Origin: Longimicrobiales bacterium
GTDB lineage: Bacteria; Gemmatimonadota; Gemmatimonadetes; Longimicrobiales; Gaopeijiaceae
Assembly: GCA_965204735.1 (NCBI GenBank)
Contig: OZ242008.1
Coordinates: 1,888,001-1,952,000 of the forward strand
DNA length: 64,000 bases
Direction of reading: 5' to 3'
Shown: positions 30,863 to 40,652 of the stretch, piece after piece
How the letters are laid out: every line of letters starts with the position of its first letter
Position numbering within the stretch: position 1 is the stretch's first letter
Notes under the pieces: generated by a model
The model's database searches: none
Seen by the model: only the letters and a program-made list of their open reading frames with translations
Told to the model about the DNA's origin: nothing
Translations under genes and position numbers: made by a program

Positions 30863-31816
30863 ATGGGCATCCTCCTCGTGGACAAGCCGGCCGGTCCCAC
30901 GTCCCACGACGTGGTCGCCGTCGCCAGGCGGGCCCTCGGCGGCGTGAAGGTGGGGCACGCCGGAACCCTCGACCCCTTCGCCACCGGCCTGCTGGTCCTC
31001 GGGACGGGACGCGCCACTCGCCTGCTCGAGTACCTGGTGGGTCTCGACAAGGAGTACGACGCCGTTGCGCGCCTGGGCGCAGCCACCGACACCCACGACC
31101 ACCTGGGCGACCTCGTTTCGGAGGACGACTGCTGGCGGCAAGTCGACGAGGGACAGGTTCTGGCGGCAGCGAGGGAGCTGACCGGCGAACTTTCCCAGAC
31201 GCCGCCGTCCTACTCGGCGGTCAAGGTGCGGGGCGTACCGGCCCATCGGCGGGCTCGGCGCGGAGAAGACGTGCGCATCCCTGCGCGGACGGTGACGGTG
31301 CGCTCCTTCGACGTGCTGGCCGTGGAGCTGCCGGAAGTCCGCTTTCGGGTGGCGTGCACGAGCGGAACCTACGTTCGCAGCTTGGCAGCCGACTTTGGGG
31401 CCCACCTGGGCACCGGGTGCCACTTGACTGCGCTTCGCCGGACCCGGGTGGGCGCCATGGGCGTAGAGGCCGCTGCGTCGATCGAGAGCCTCAAGGCCGG
31501 CCGTCCTGCGGCCAAGGCCTGGGTGGCCCCGGCGGACGCCCTGGCGCACCTTCCTTGCGTGGAGGTCGCTCCCGAGGCAGTCGCGAAGCTGGCAAGGGGC
31601 CGAGAGGTTGCCGTCAAGCCCGCGACCGGCGGGCGGGCTGCGCTTGCGCCGAGCGTCGCTGGCGCGGAGTCCGTCGTCAAAGGTTCGGGCGGCGGCTTCG
31701 GCGCCGCTGCTCCACTCGCCCCGGTCGTCGGCTTGCGCTCCGACGGCGCGCTCGTGGCCGTGGGGGTCCTGGCGAACGGGACGCTGAAGCCGCGAAAGGT
31801 CTTCCTCCATGGATAG
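30863..31816 (+). CDS. truB: tRNA pseudouridine(55) synthase
   Basis: DKPAGPTSHDVV; GHAGTLDPFATG; SGTYVRSL. Confidence 0.96.
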   Translation: MGILLVDKPAGPTSHDVVAVARRALGGVKVGHAGTLDPFATGLLVLGTGRATRLLEYLVGLDKEYDAVARLGAATDTHDHLGDLVSEDDCWRQVDEGQVLAAARELTGELSQTPPSYSAVKVRGVPAHRRARRGEDVRIPARTVTVRSFDVLAVELPEVRFRVACTSGTYVRSLAADFGAHLGTGCHLTALRRTRVGAMGVEAAASIESLKAGRPAAKAWVAPADALAHLPCVEVAPEAVAKLARGREVAVKPATGGRAALAPSVAGAESVVKGSGGGFGAAAPLAPVVGLRSDGALVAVGVLANGTLKPRKVFLHG

Positions 31817-32786
31817 CTTGGGCTGCCGCGCCGAGTCCGCCGGAGCGGCCGGGGCGCTGCCCCGCGACGGCCTCCCCGTGGTCGCCACGGTCGGCGCCTT
31901 CGACGGCGTGCACGTGGGGCACCAAGCCGTCGTCCAGGAGATCGTGGACCGGGCCCGGTCCCAGGGCGGCCGAAGCGTGCTGGTCACCTTCGATCCTCAT
32001 CCGCTGCGTGTCGTCGCGCCGGCCCGAGCGCCCAAGCTGCTGACCACGCCGGGCGAAAAGAAGCGTCTGCTGGCCGAGACGGGCCTGGACTACGCCGTCT
32101 TCCTCGCCTTCACCCCCGCGCTGAAGGAGCTCTCCCCGCAGCGCTTTGTCCAGGAGGTCCTGCTGGACGGCCTGGGCATGACGGAGCTGGTGATCGGTCA
32201 CGACCACGGCTTCGGCAAGGGCAGGGCGGGCGACGCCGACGTCCTCCGCCGCATCGCCGCCAAGGGGCGCTTCGCGCTGGAGGTGACGCCCCCGGTCCGC
32301 GCCGGGGAAGCCGCGGTCTCTTCGTCCTTCGTCCGACAGGCGCTGGCGGCTGGGCGCTTGGCCGAGGCGAACCGAGCGCTTGGCCGCCCCTACTCGCTGG
32401 CGGGAACGGTGGTCCGGGGACACGGCCGGGGCCGGGAAATGGGCTTTCCCACCGCCAACCTCAAGCTCTCGGGGCCCGACAAGCTGGTCCCGGCGCCGGG
32501 CATCTACGCCTGCTGGACCGAGGTCGCCGGCCGCCGTCTCATGGGTGCGCTTCACGTCGGGCCGCGGCCCGTCTTTCCGGGAGCGGGCGAGTCCGTCGAG
32601 GTCCACCTGCTGGACTTCGACGGCGACATCTACGGTCGCCGGGCGGAGCTGGAGCTTGCCGCTTTCCTGCGACCCGTTCGCGACTACCGGTCGCCCGTCG
32701 ACCTAGCAGCCCAGATCGCCGAAGACGTCGGTCGGACCCGTCGGCAGCTGGGCTGCCCAACCCTGCTTGGCGGCGGGCGCCCTTGA
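31809..32786 (+). CDS. ribF: Bifunctional riboflavin kinase / FAD synthetase
   Basis: GAFDGVHVGH; GHDHGFG; GFPTAN; EVHLLDF. Confidence 0.96.
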   Translation: MDSLGCRAESAGAAGALPRDGLPVVATVGAFDGVHVGHQAVVQEIVDRARSQGGRSVLVTFDPHPLRVVAPARAPKLLTTPGEKKRLLAETGLDYAVFLAFTPALKELSPQRFVQEVLLDGLGMTELVIGHDHGFGKGRAGDADVLRRIAAKGRFALEVTPPVRAGEAAVSSSFVRQALAAGRLAEANRALGRPYSLAGTVVRGHGRGREMGFPTANLKLSGPDKLVPAPGIYACWTEVAGRRLMGALHVGPRPVFPGAGESVEVHLLDFDGDIYGRRAELELAAFLRPVRDYRSPVDLAAQIAEDVGRTRRQLGCPTLLGGGRP

Positions 32787-32806
32787 CGCCACGCGAGCGA
32801 GCAGGC

Positions 32807-34426
32807 CTAGCGCAGGGCGTCGGACGGCTGGACCGGGGTCTCCTCCAGCAGCTGGAACAAGTCGGCTTGGGTTGCGGCGGACTCGGCAAGGCGGATCGCC
32901 TCGGAGAGCACGCGGTCGCGCTCGGCCTGCAACGTCAGGGCCAAGGCCGTGGCCCCCGCGCGGGTCAGGTACCGGCCTTCGGCCCACCAGTTCAGCCACG
33001 CCCGCGCCGCGGGGGCGCCCACGACCTCCTCGTCGATCCCGGCGTCCACCAGCGCCTGGGCCAGGTCGTCGAAGGCGGCGGACGGCAAGCGCGAGACGTT
33101 CCCGGTCGCCACCGCCTCCTTGGCCATGGCCACGGCGTGCTCCTCGATCTTCAGGCCCAGCTGCAGCTGCGTCTCGGCGGCTTGCTCTTGAAGCGTCCGC
33201 ACCGCAGCGGCCACCGTGTCGCGCGCCACTTCCAGGTCGGGGAAGACGCCGCCGCTGTTCCGCAGCCGCCGTCCCGCCGCCGTGGCAACCCGCACCGTGT
33301 CGCCCTCGGCCTCCGGAAGGGGAAAGCCGTGGCGGTCCCGCTTGCGGTGCAGCGAGCGGCCCAGCGGAGTGTACCAAGTCCCGGTGGTCAGGCGCATCCG
33401 ACGCCCGTCGCTGAGGGGGTAGAGGGTCTGGACCACCCCCTTGCCGAAGGTCCGCTCGCCCAGCACGACGGCGCGGTCGTGGTCCTGCAAGGCGCCGGCC
33501 ACGATCTCGGCGGCCGAAGCCGTGTAGCGGTCGACCATGACCACCACGGGCTTGTTCGGGATCAGCGCCGGCTTGTCGGCGTTGTACGTCTGCTCCGCCA
33601 CGCCGCCTCTGCCGTCCCGCTGGCCGACGCTGGCCACCGCTTGGCCGGGCGCCAGGAAGATGTCCGCCACCAGCAGCGACTCGGTCAGGTACCCGCCCGG
33701 GTTCCCCCGCAGGTCCACAATGATGGCGTTGGCCTCCGAAGCGTCCACGAGGGCTTCGGCGAGCTCCTGGGCCACGTTGCGGGCGAACTGGTCGACCCGA
33801 ACGTGGGCGATCCCGCCTTCGAGCGTGGTCGCTTCGACGGCGGCAATGTGGACGTTGTCGCGTACGATCGACACCGCGATCAGGTCCCTGAAGCCGTCGC
33901 GCGCCACGCGGAGGCGGACGGTCGATCCGGGTTCTCCGCGGATCGCGTCCCTGGCTTGGTCCAGAGACCACTCGGTCGCGTCCACGCCCTCCACTTCGAC
34001 GATCCGGTCGCCGAGGACCAGCCCGGACTTCTCCGCCGGCGTCGCCTTGAAGACGGCGGTGATCGTGACCAGCCCTTCCAGCTGGGAGATCTGCACGCCG
34101 ATGCCGGCGTAGTCGCGGTTGTTGCTCTCCTCGAACTGGTCGTACGCCTCGGGCGTGAAGACGACGGCGTAGGGGTCGTCCAGCTGCTCGATCAACCCGT
34201 CGATGGCGCGCTGCCAGAGGACCGAGTCCGCCAGGGCCGACTCGTGGTTCCGGGCGATCGTGCCGAAGACCTCGAGGAAGCGTCGGTAGGCGTCGGACTG
34301 GCCCACGACCGCGGCTCGGTCGGCGGGCGGTGGACGGCGAGCGTCCTGGGCGGCGCCGGGCAGAGCCGAAGAGCAGGCGAGCGCGACGGCCGAAACGACG
34401 AGCGCCGAGCGGAGAACGAGGGGCAT
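32807..34426 (-). CDS. S41 family C-terminal processing protease (CtpA/Prc-like)
   Basis: Signal peptide; PDZ; DLRGNPGG; TASAAEIVAGALQDHDRA..GERTFGKG. Confidence 0.92.
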   Translation of the reverse strand: MPLVLRSALVVSAVALACSSALPGAAQDARRPPPADRAAVVGQSDAYRRFLEVFGTIARNHESALADSVLWQRAIDGLIEQLDDPYAVVFTPEAYDQFEESNNRDYAGIGVQISQLEGLVTITAVFKATPAEKSGLVLGDRIVEVEGVDATEWSLDQARDAIRGEPGSTVRLRVARDGFRDLIAVSIVRDNVHIAAVEATTLEGGIAHVRVDQFARNVAQELAEALVDASEANAIIVDLRGNPGGYLTESLLVADIFLAPGQAVASVGQRDGRGGVAEQTYNADKPALIPNKPVVVMVDRYTASAAEIVAGALQDHDRAVVLGERTFGKGVVQTLYPLSDGRRMRLTTGTWYTPLGRSLHRKRDRHGFPLPEAEGDTVRVATAAGRRLRNSGGVFPDLEVARDTVAAAVRTLQEQAAETQLQLGLKIEEHAVAMAKEAVATGNVSRLPSAAFDDLAQALVDAGIDEEVVGAPAARAWLNWWAEGRYLTRAGATALALTLQAERDRVLSEAIRLAESAATQADLFQLLEETPVQPSDALR

Positions 34427-34582
34427 CAGGTTGTCTTTCCAGGGCCGAAGTGATTCCTGATCATTATGCAAAGAAGTGGTTCCTGGGAACAGTCCCAGCG
34501 CGGAGTCGCGAGCCGCCGGAGAGAACCGGCGCCGGTTCCACGCAACGCCCATCGAGCCCCCTGCAAGCTTCCGAGCGAGTCC

Positions 34583-36475
34583 ATGAGGTCCACTCCATCC
34601 GCAACGAGCTCCGGTCGATCCGCAGCTTCCGGGCGTCCCCTTCGCGCGGTCCTGGCCCAGACGAAGCCCGCCAAGGGCGACGTGAGGAGGAACGTCGAGA
34701 CGGCCAAGGCGATGCTCGACCCGGCCGCCGACCTGGTCGTCTTCCCGGAGTCGGCGCTCTCGGGCTACGTCTTGGAGGGCGGCGTGGAGGAAGTGGCGCT
34801 GTCCCGGGGCGAGCTGGTCGAAGCGATGGGCGAGCCTCCTCCCGGTTGCGGCTGCGACGTGGTCCTGGGGTTTTACGAGCGGGACCGGCAGGGGCTCTGC
34901 AACAGCGCCGCCTATCTGACGCCGCGCGGGTGCCGGTACGAGGTGGTTCACGTCCACCGCAAGCTCTTCCTGCCCACCTACGGTCTCTTCGACGAGGGGC
35001 GGTTCGTCGAGCCCGGCCGCGACCTGCGAGCGTTCGACACGCGCTTCGGGCGGATGGGCATGCTCGTGTGCGAGGACCTGTGGCACGGCCTGCCCGCCAC
35101 CGTGCTGGCCTTGGACGGCGCCGAGGCCGTGCTGTGCGTGGCGGCGTCGCCGGCGAGGGGGTTTCGGCCCTTGCCCGCCGCCCCTGCGGCGGTCGCGCCG
35201 CCCTTGGGCCGGACCGAACCGCGCCCCGCTCCGGCGCCGCTGCCGTCCAACCTTCGCGCATGGGACCGTCTCGGGTCGTGCGCCGCCCGCGAGCATGGAG
35301 TCTTCGTGCTGGCGTCCCAGCTGGCGGGGTCGGAAGGGGGGAAGCTGTTCTCGGGCGGATCGACGGCGTGGGGTCCCGACGGCGAGCTGCTCGCCCGGGG
35401 ACCGCTCTTCGCCGCCGGATGCGTGGGCGCGGAACTCCCGTTGGGCGAGATCGCGCGGGTCCGGGCCCGCAGGCCCTTCCTTGCGGACTTGCGGGCTGTG
35501 CTGCCCGTGCTGCGGCGGTCCCTGGACCGGGCGGCGGGGCAGGGAAGCGCGGTCGGGACGGCTCCCGCTGCTCCCCAGGCCGACGGCCGGAGCGCCGAGC
35601 CGTCCCGAGCCTTCCCCGGCGCTGCGGCCGGTCCTGCGGCGCTCGTCGCGTCCTTGGAGATCGACGCCTCGTTGGTGGAGGCGGCCCTGGTGGCGTTCCT
35701 GCAAGACGAGGTGGTGCGCCGCCGGGGGTTCGAGCGGGTGGTCGTCGGCGTCTCCGGCGGCGTGGACTCGGCCGTGGTTCTCTTCCTGGCGTGCCGGGCG
35801 CTGGGGGCCGAGAACGTCTTCGGGTTCCTCCTTCCGCACTCGACATCGAGTCCCGAGAGCCTGGAGCACGGCGCCATGGTCGTTGCGGCCGCCGGTGCCC
35901 GTCAAAGGACCCTGCCCGTCGCCGGGGTCGTGGACGGCTACGTCGGCGCCCACGAACCCGACGCCACGCCCGTCAGGCAGGGAAACTTCGCGGCCCGCGT
36001 CCGGGCGGCCGTCCTCTTCGACCAGTCGGCCAAGCTCGACGCCCTTCCCCTGGGAACCGGCAACAAGAGCGAGCGCCTGCTGGGGTACTTCACGTGGCAC
36101 GCCGACGACTCGCCCCCCGTCAACCCACTGGGGGACCTCTTCAAGGCCCAGGTGCTGGCGTTGGCGCACCACCTGGGCGTCCCCGACGAGATCGTGTCCA
36201 AGCCCCCGAGCCCGGACTTGGTCCCCGGCGTTCACGACGAGGACGAGCTGGGCATCTCCTACCGCCGCGCCGACCCGATCCTGAGCGGCCTGTTGCAGGG
36301 CCATGCCCCCGAAGCGCTGGTGGCGGCCGGCTTCCCGCCCACCGACGTGGAGCGGGTGCACGGACGGCTTTCGGGAACCCACTGGAAGCGACGCCCGCCC
36401 ACGGTCGCCATGCTCTCGGACACCGCGATCGGCGAGTCGTACCTGCGTCCGGTGGACTATTCGGCGGCGAGTTGA
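34583..36475 (+). CDS. nadE: Glutamine-dependent NAD+ synthetase (nitrilase-type glutaminase fused to NAD synthetase)
   Basis: FPES, HRKLFLPTYG and VCED catalytic triad; SGGVDS P-loop; GTGNKSE; start uncertain. Confidence 0.92.
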   Translation: MRSTPSATSSGRSAASGRPLRAVLAQTKPAKGDVRRNVETAKAMLDPAADLVVFPESALSGYVLEGGVEEVALSRGELVEAMGEPPPGCGCDVVLGFYERDRQGLCNSAAYLTPRGCRYEVVHVHRKLFLPTYGLFDEGRFVEPGRDLRAFDTRFGRMGMLVCEDLWHGLPATVLALDGAEAVLCVAASPARGFRPLPAAPAAVAPPLGRTEPRPAPAPLPSNLRAWDRLGSCAAREHGVFVLASQLAGSEGGKLFSGGSTAWGPDGELLARGPLFAAGCVGAELPLGEIARVRARRPFLADLRAVLPVLRRSLDRAAGQGSAVGTAPAAPQADGRSAEPSRAFPGAAAGPAALVASLEIDASLVEAALVAFLQDEVVRRRGFERVVVGVSGGVDSAVVLFLACRALGAENVFGFLLPHSTSSPESLEHGAMVVAAAGARQRTLPVAGVVDGYVGAHEPDATPVRQGNFAARVRAAVLFDQSAKLDALPLGTGNKSERLLGYFTWHADDSPPVNPLGDLFKAQVLALAHHLGVPDEIVSKPPSPDLVPGVHDEDELGISYRRADPILSGLLQGHAPEALVAAGFPPTDVERVHGRLSGTHWKRRPPTVAMLSDTAIGESYLRPVDYSAAS

Positions 36476-36957
36476 CTTCCCGCTCCCCGGTTGCGACGCT
36501 TGAACATCCCGGCAGCGATGCTGGGGATCTGCCCCGAGCACCCGAGCCCGACCTTCCAGCTCAAGATCGCCATGCCTGTGTCCGCCGGGTTGAGCGAATC
36601 ATCAACGAGGTGATCAATGATCAGAACGCTGCGCCTGCGCAACTTCAAGTGTTTCGACGATGAGACGTTCAGTATTGGCAGACTTACTCTACTCGCCGGG
36701 CTGAACGGCACGGGCAAGAGCAGCGTCATTCAGGGACTGTTGGCGCTTCGCAACTGCGGTACTGTCCCGGACAGCAAGAGTTGGCGTGGACCTCTTCTCG
36801 ACATCGGCACTTTTGGCGGATTGAACGGTAGGGACAGAATCTCGGGAGAATCTGTCCGACAACTTCGCCCCCAAGTAGACAAAGTTTTCAATCTGCAAGG
36901 TTCCTCCCTTTCGATTCGCAAGGACGAAAAGCTCGCCGTTGAGTGGGTTTACTCAAT

Positions 36958-37020
36958 GCTGGGTCACTTCTTGGCAACGGAGCTAGGTCACTTCTTGGCG
37001 TTGCTGGGTCACTTCTTGGC
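36958..37020. repeat. Three direct repeats GCT(G/A)GGTCACTTCTTGGC (period 24 and 21 bp)
   Basis: Read directly; preceded by the palindrome TTGAGT-N6-ACTCAA at 36939-36956. Confidence 0.9.
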
Positions 37021-37031
37021 AAGCGTGCCGC

Positions 37032-37571
37032 TCATAGCCCATTGCAGTCCTGCGCCCGGATCACCTTCTCGGCGGCTCGCCTGTCGTCCTCGTCTTGCCC
37101 GATACCGAAGTGGTCGAAGACGTACCTTCGGGCCAGGATGTAGGCGCAGGCGTTCCTCGGCGAGACGTACTCGGCTTCTCCCCGGTCGTTCTTCCGCACG
37201 CGGTTCTCGCGGGGCAGGGCCAGGGTCAAGTTGGGCGGGAACGCGGCGAAGTACTTCCACTCCCGCAAGCCCCAACCTTCGGCGCAGGCGTGCTCCCGGA
37301 CCTCCGAAAGGGCTACCCGGTGTTCTACGTCGGTCTGGTGCAGGCTGGTTGCGACCGAATCGCTGTACGGGAGCCTCACCGGCAAGCCGCCCAGGGACTC
37401 CGCGATGTCGTGCTCCATGGAGGCGTATGCCGCCCGAAGCCGGTGCCTCGGGGGAAGCTCGCACTCTTGGGGCGTCTGGGCCGCCGTGTCGGTCACGTGA
37501 TCGGCCCAGCACGTGATGGCTAGGGCGCAGGCCAGGGCCAGGGCCAGAAGGCCGTGTTGTCGCTTGGTCAT
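37032..37571 (-). CDS. Secreted HNH/His-Me-finger-like protein (DUF1524-like)
   Basis: GGAGGA RBS; signal peptide; TDVEHRVALSE...NLTLA..ENR..KND..EY..C.Y matches the DxDH/N..N..K pattern of DUF1524 nucleases. Confidence 0.65.
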   Translation of the reverse strand: MTKRQHGLLALALACALAITCWADHVTDTAAQTPQECELPPRHRLRAAYASMEHDIAESLGGLPVRLPYSDSVATSLHQTDVEHRVALSEVREHACAEGWGLREWKYFAAFPPNLTLALPRENRVRKNDRGEAEYVSPRNACAYILARRYVFDHFGIGQDEDDRRAAEKVIRAQDCNGL

Positions 37572-38620
37572 TATTCCTCCAGGGGAAGGGGCGGGGCTCC
37601 CCAACCGGTTGTGGCGGGAGCCCCGTCCGGGGGTCAGTTTCTCCGTTCTCTACGCTCGGGCCGACGATGATCAAATCAAGTTGAGAACACGGTACGAGGA
37701 CGATACCGAACTGTGCGGCGACTTCGGCCCGGACGGCACGGACTTTTACTTGGCCGGCCCTGTTGCGGCTCATGATGGGGAACGATCGGAGCTCGCCAGG
37801 GAACGGTCGCTCCTGCGGGATTCGATGTTCTACTTGTCGGCTGATCGGCTCGGTCCCCGCAAGACGCTGCCCCACTTGGCGGAGGGCGCCCCCGCCGGCA
37901 CGCCGCTCGGGAAGCGTGGCTAGGCCGTCCTTTGGTTCATGGGACAGCACGAGGACGATATGGTGGCCCCGGCCCTTCGCCATCCGGCGGCGTCCAGGAC
38001 CACTCTTCTGGCCCAGACGAATGCGTGGCTTGCCGCTGTCAGTCCTGGTGTCGAGCTTGCCTCCGAGTCGGTGTCGGCTGCCGATCTTGCCGCAGCGGGC
38101 TACTCGTTCGAGCAGAAGTGGGACGCAAGGACCAAGCCGTTTCGGGCGAACAACATCGGTTTTGGCGTGAGCTGCGTTCTGCCCCTTATCGTGGCATTGC
38201 TGGCCGCGCAGCGTGACGATCTGGTGATCATAGAGAATCCGGAGGCTCATTTGCATCCGGGGGGACAGACGAATGTCGCCGAACTCGCGGCCAGGGCTGC
38301 CGCAGACGGCCGGCAGGTCATACTGGAGACGCACAGCGATCACGTGCTTGACGGCATCCGACTGGCGGTGGCGGAGAAGATCGTGTCTGCTGAAGACGTG
38401 GTGGTCTACTTCTTCCGTCGCGATAGTGCGGGCCTCCAGGTCGCTTCTCCGAAGGTGCGAGCGGACGGCTCTTTGGATTCTTGGCCTGACGGTTTCTTCG
38501 ATCAGCAAGAAAGGAACCTGTCTCGGTTGATACGACTCCGGCGAAGTGATGCAGATTCCAGCATCGCACCCGGCGACCGCGGAGTTCGGCGTGACGGCGC
38601 AGACGACCGGGGAGGGCACC

Positions 38621-39502
38621 GTGGCTGATAGGCTGCACCGAAGGAATGCAGGCTTGGCAGCCGCGATCGCGGACGACTTCTACTCCGATCGGCTCGACAT
38701 GGCAGCGAGAGGAACAGGCCCGGTCGGATGGTCGGCGATGCCGGAGGTCAAGGCGGTCGCCCGTCTGAGGCGTGACGGCCAGCGGGAGCTGACGGTGCGA
38801 CGGTTCCTGACCTTCGTTTCGGCCATGGATCGGGCGCGGGACTCGAACAGGCTGTGGAGCGACGCGGCCAAGATGCTGGACTTGCGACCAGAAGCCTTCG
38901 ATCCCGCGGAAGCGTCGGCCGTGCCGCCGAACCAGCTTTGCGAGGCGCTGTCCGCCGCTCGCGTGAGCCAGCGCCACCACGACGACTCCGCTGCTTGGAG
39001 GACGATCGCTCGCAGCCTGCACGCCGGGCAAGGTGCCGTGGCGAAGGTGGTGGAGCAAGGGAAGGGAGATGCGCGCGAGCTGCTGAAGGACCTGTGCAGC
39101 GCCAGCAGCGAGGGTCGTCGCCGGTATCCGCTTCTTCGGGGCACGAAGCTCGGTCCCCTGTGGGTTCGCGTCATGGCAGCGCCTGGAGGCGCTGAAGTCG
39201 AGAACATCCATGTCGTTCCCGTCGCAGTGGACGTCCATGTCCGCAGGGTCACGGAGAACCTGGGCGTTGCGAGCACGACCTCCTTGCCCATGCGCAAGGC
39301 AAAGCCGGTCATTCGGGCAGCTTGGAAGTCGGCGGTCGACGCGGCGCGCTTCGGCGGACCCCCGGGGATCGCCGGCACGTGCGGCGCTCTTGATCCGGCG
39401 TTGTGGGCCTTCGGCAAGCACGGGTGCGCTAACTGCGAGAAAGCAGGTCGGCGGGTGCCGATCGGCGCGGCGTGCCAGCGATGCCAGTGGCTGCCAGACT
39501 AA
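38621..39502 (+). CDS. HhH-GPD DNA glycosylase-like protein with C-terminal Cys4 motif, copy 1
   Basis: LRGTKLG (HhH-like Lys), PVAVDVHVRRVTENLG (EndoIII-like VDxH), LWAFGKHGCxxC-x12-CxxC; GGAGGG RBS before GTG. Confidence 0.65.
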   Translation: MADRLHRRNAGLAAAIADDFYSDRLDMAARGTGPVGWSAMPEVKAVARLRRDGQRELTVRRFLTFVSAMDRARDSNRLWSDAAKMLDLRPEAFDPAEASAVPPNQLCEALSAARVSQRHHDDSAAWRTIARSLHAGQGAVAKVVEQGKGDARELLKDLCSASSEGRRRYPLLRGTKLGPLWVRVMAAPGGAEVENIHVVPVAVDVHVRRVTENLGVASTTSLPMRKAKPVIRAAWKSAVDAARFGGPPGIAGTCGALDPALWAFGKHGCANCEKAGRRVPIGAACQRCQWLPD

Positions 39503-39566
39503 GCCGGGCCGGCAAACCACGGCAGGCGAGCGGACGACCGCGACGGCGGTCGACGCAGGCGACAGG

Positions 39567-40652
39567 CTAGTGGTATGTCGCCAAAACGGCCTGACAGCTG
39601 GCGACTTTTCGGAAGATGTCGTCTGCGGAGGTCGTCCACTGGTAGGGCCGGGGATTGCGGTTGTGGACTTCGATGAACTCCATGATCGCGTCCTTCAGCG
39701 CCTTCACGCTGGTGAACATGCCGCGCCTCAGGCGCTTCTGCGACAGCTGGGCGAACCACGCCTCCACCAAGTTCAGCCACGAACCGCTCGTGGGAACGAA
39801 GTGCAGGTGGAAGCGGGGATGCTTGGCGAGCCACGCCTTCACGGCCGTCGTCTTGTGGGTGCCGTAGTTGTCCAGCACCAGGTGCAGCGCCACGCCCTTC
39901 GGGTACTCGCCGTCCAGGTGGCGGAGGAACCTCAGGAACTCCTGCTGGCGGTGGCGCGGAGTGCACATGCCGACCACCCGACCGCGCGCCGGGTCCAGCG
40001 CCGCGAACAAGGTCGTCGTGCCGTGGCGCTTGTAGTCGTGGGTCATCGTGCCGCAGCGACCGCGCTTCAGCGGAAGGCCGGGCTGAGTGCGGTCCAGCGC
40101 CTGGATCTGGCTCTTCTCGTCCACGCACAGCACCACGCCGTCCTTCGGCGGGTTGCGGTACAGCCCCACCACGTCCTCGGTCTTCTCCACGAACTTCGGG
40201 TCCTTCGACAGCTTGAACGTCTTCGTCCGGTGCGGCTTCAGCCCGTACGACTTCCACACCCGCTGCACCGTGCTCCGGCTCACGCCGTGGCGCTTCGCCA
40301 TCATGCGCAAGCTCCAGTGCGTCGCCCCCTCCGGCTTGTTCTCCAGCGTGTCCTTGACGATCGCCCGGACCGTCTCGTCCGTGATGCTGCGCTTGCGACC
40401 CCGACCAGGCCTGATCTTCCACACCGTATCGGGACCTTCCGCCTCGAACCGTCTCCGCCACGTCAGAACCGTGGGCTTCGACACCCCCGCCTCCTTCGCG
40501 ATGCGCTGGTTCGCCACGCCCTCCGCCGCCAGCAGGACGATCCGGACGCGCTTCGCCACGTCCTGCGGCGTGCTGCCCGCCCGAAGCCAGCGCTCCAGCA
40601 TCGCCCGGTCCTCCTGCGACAACTCCAACGCCCTCGCAGGCCTCCTCGCCAT
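39567..40652 (-). CDS. IS630-family transposase
   Basis: ATHWSLR; CVDEKSQIQALDR; THDYKRHGTTTLFAAL; LDNYGTHK; SWLNLVE; stop codon supplied by the target TA. Confidence 0.95.
   Translation of the reverse strand: MARRPARALELSQEDRAMLERWLRAGSTPQDVAKRVRIVLLAAEGVANQRIAKEAGVSKPTVLTWRRRFEAEGPDTVWKIRPGRGRKRSITDETVRAIVKDTLENKPEGATHWSLRMMAKRHGVSRSTVQRVWKSYGLKPHRTKTFKLSKDPKFVEKTEDVVGLYRNPPKDGVVLCVDEKSQIQALDRTQPGLPLKRGRCGTMTHDYKRHGTTTLFAALDPARGRVVGMCTPRHRQQEFLRFLRHLDGEYPKGVALHLVLDNYGTHKTTAVKAWLAKHPRFHLHFVPTSGSWLNLVEAWFAQLSQKRLRRGMFTSVKALKDAIMEFIEVHNRNPRPYQWTTSADDIFRKVASCQAVLATYH

Larger units (their letters stand above)
36818..37641. mobile_element. 824-bp inserted cassette with no transposase or integrase
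   Basis: Removing it restores in-frame DIGTFG|SVLYARADDD; contains palindromes, three direct repeats and one gene. Confidence 0.65.
36617..38628 (+). pseudogene. AAA_21/DUF3696-type ATPase, split by an insertion and carrying an in-frame stop
   Basis: N-term LRNFKCF..GLNGTGKSS (36617-36817); resumes at 37642; TAG at 37921-37923; then IGFGVSCVLP, IENPEAHLHP, LETHSDH, WPDGFFDQ. Confidence 0.85.

Noticed and set aside
36900..36925. tRNA fragment (TTCGATTC) marking an att site
   Set aside because: No T-stem pairing, acceptor stem or CCA around it
36958..37020. CRISPR array from the three GGTCACTTCTTGGC repeats
   Set aside because: Gaps are only 3-6 bp, too short for spacers
36818..37641. Self-splicing intron with a homing endonuclease
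   Set aside because: No GUGYG/AY group II ends or recognisable group I core; the ORF is antisense and has a signal peptide; the host gene has a separate stop
37921..37923. Programmed read-through (pyrrolysine) of the in-frame TAG
   Set aside because: The gene is already disrupted upstream; a GAG-to-TAG mutation is simpler; no pyl genes seen
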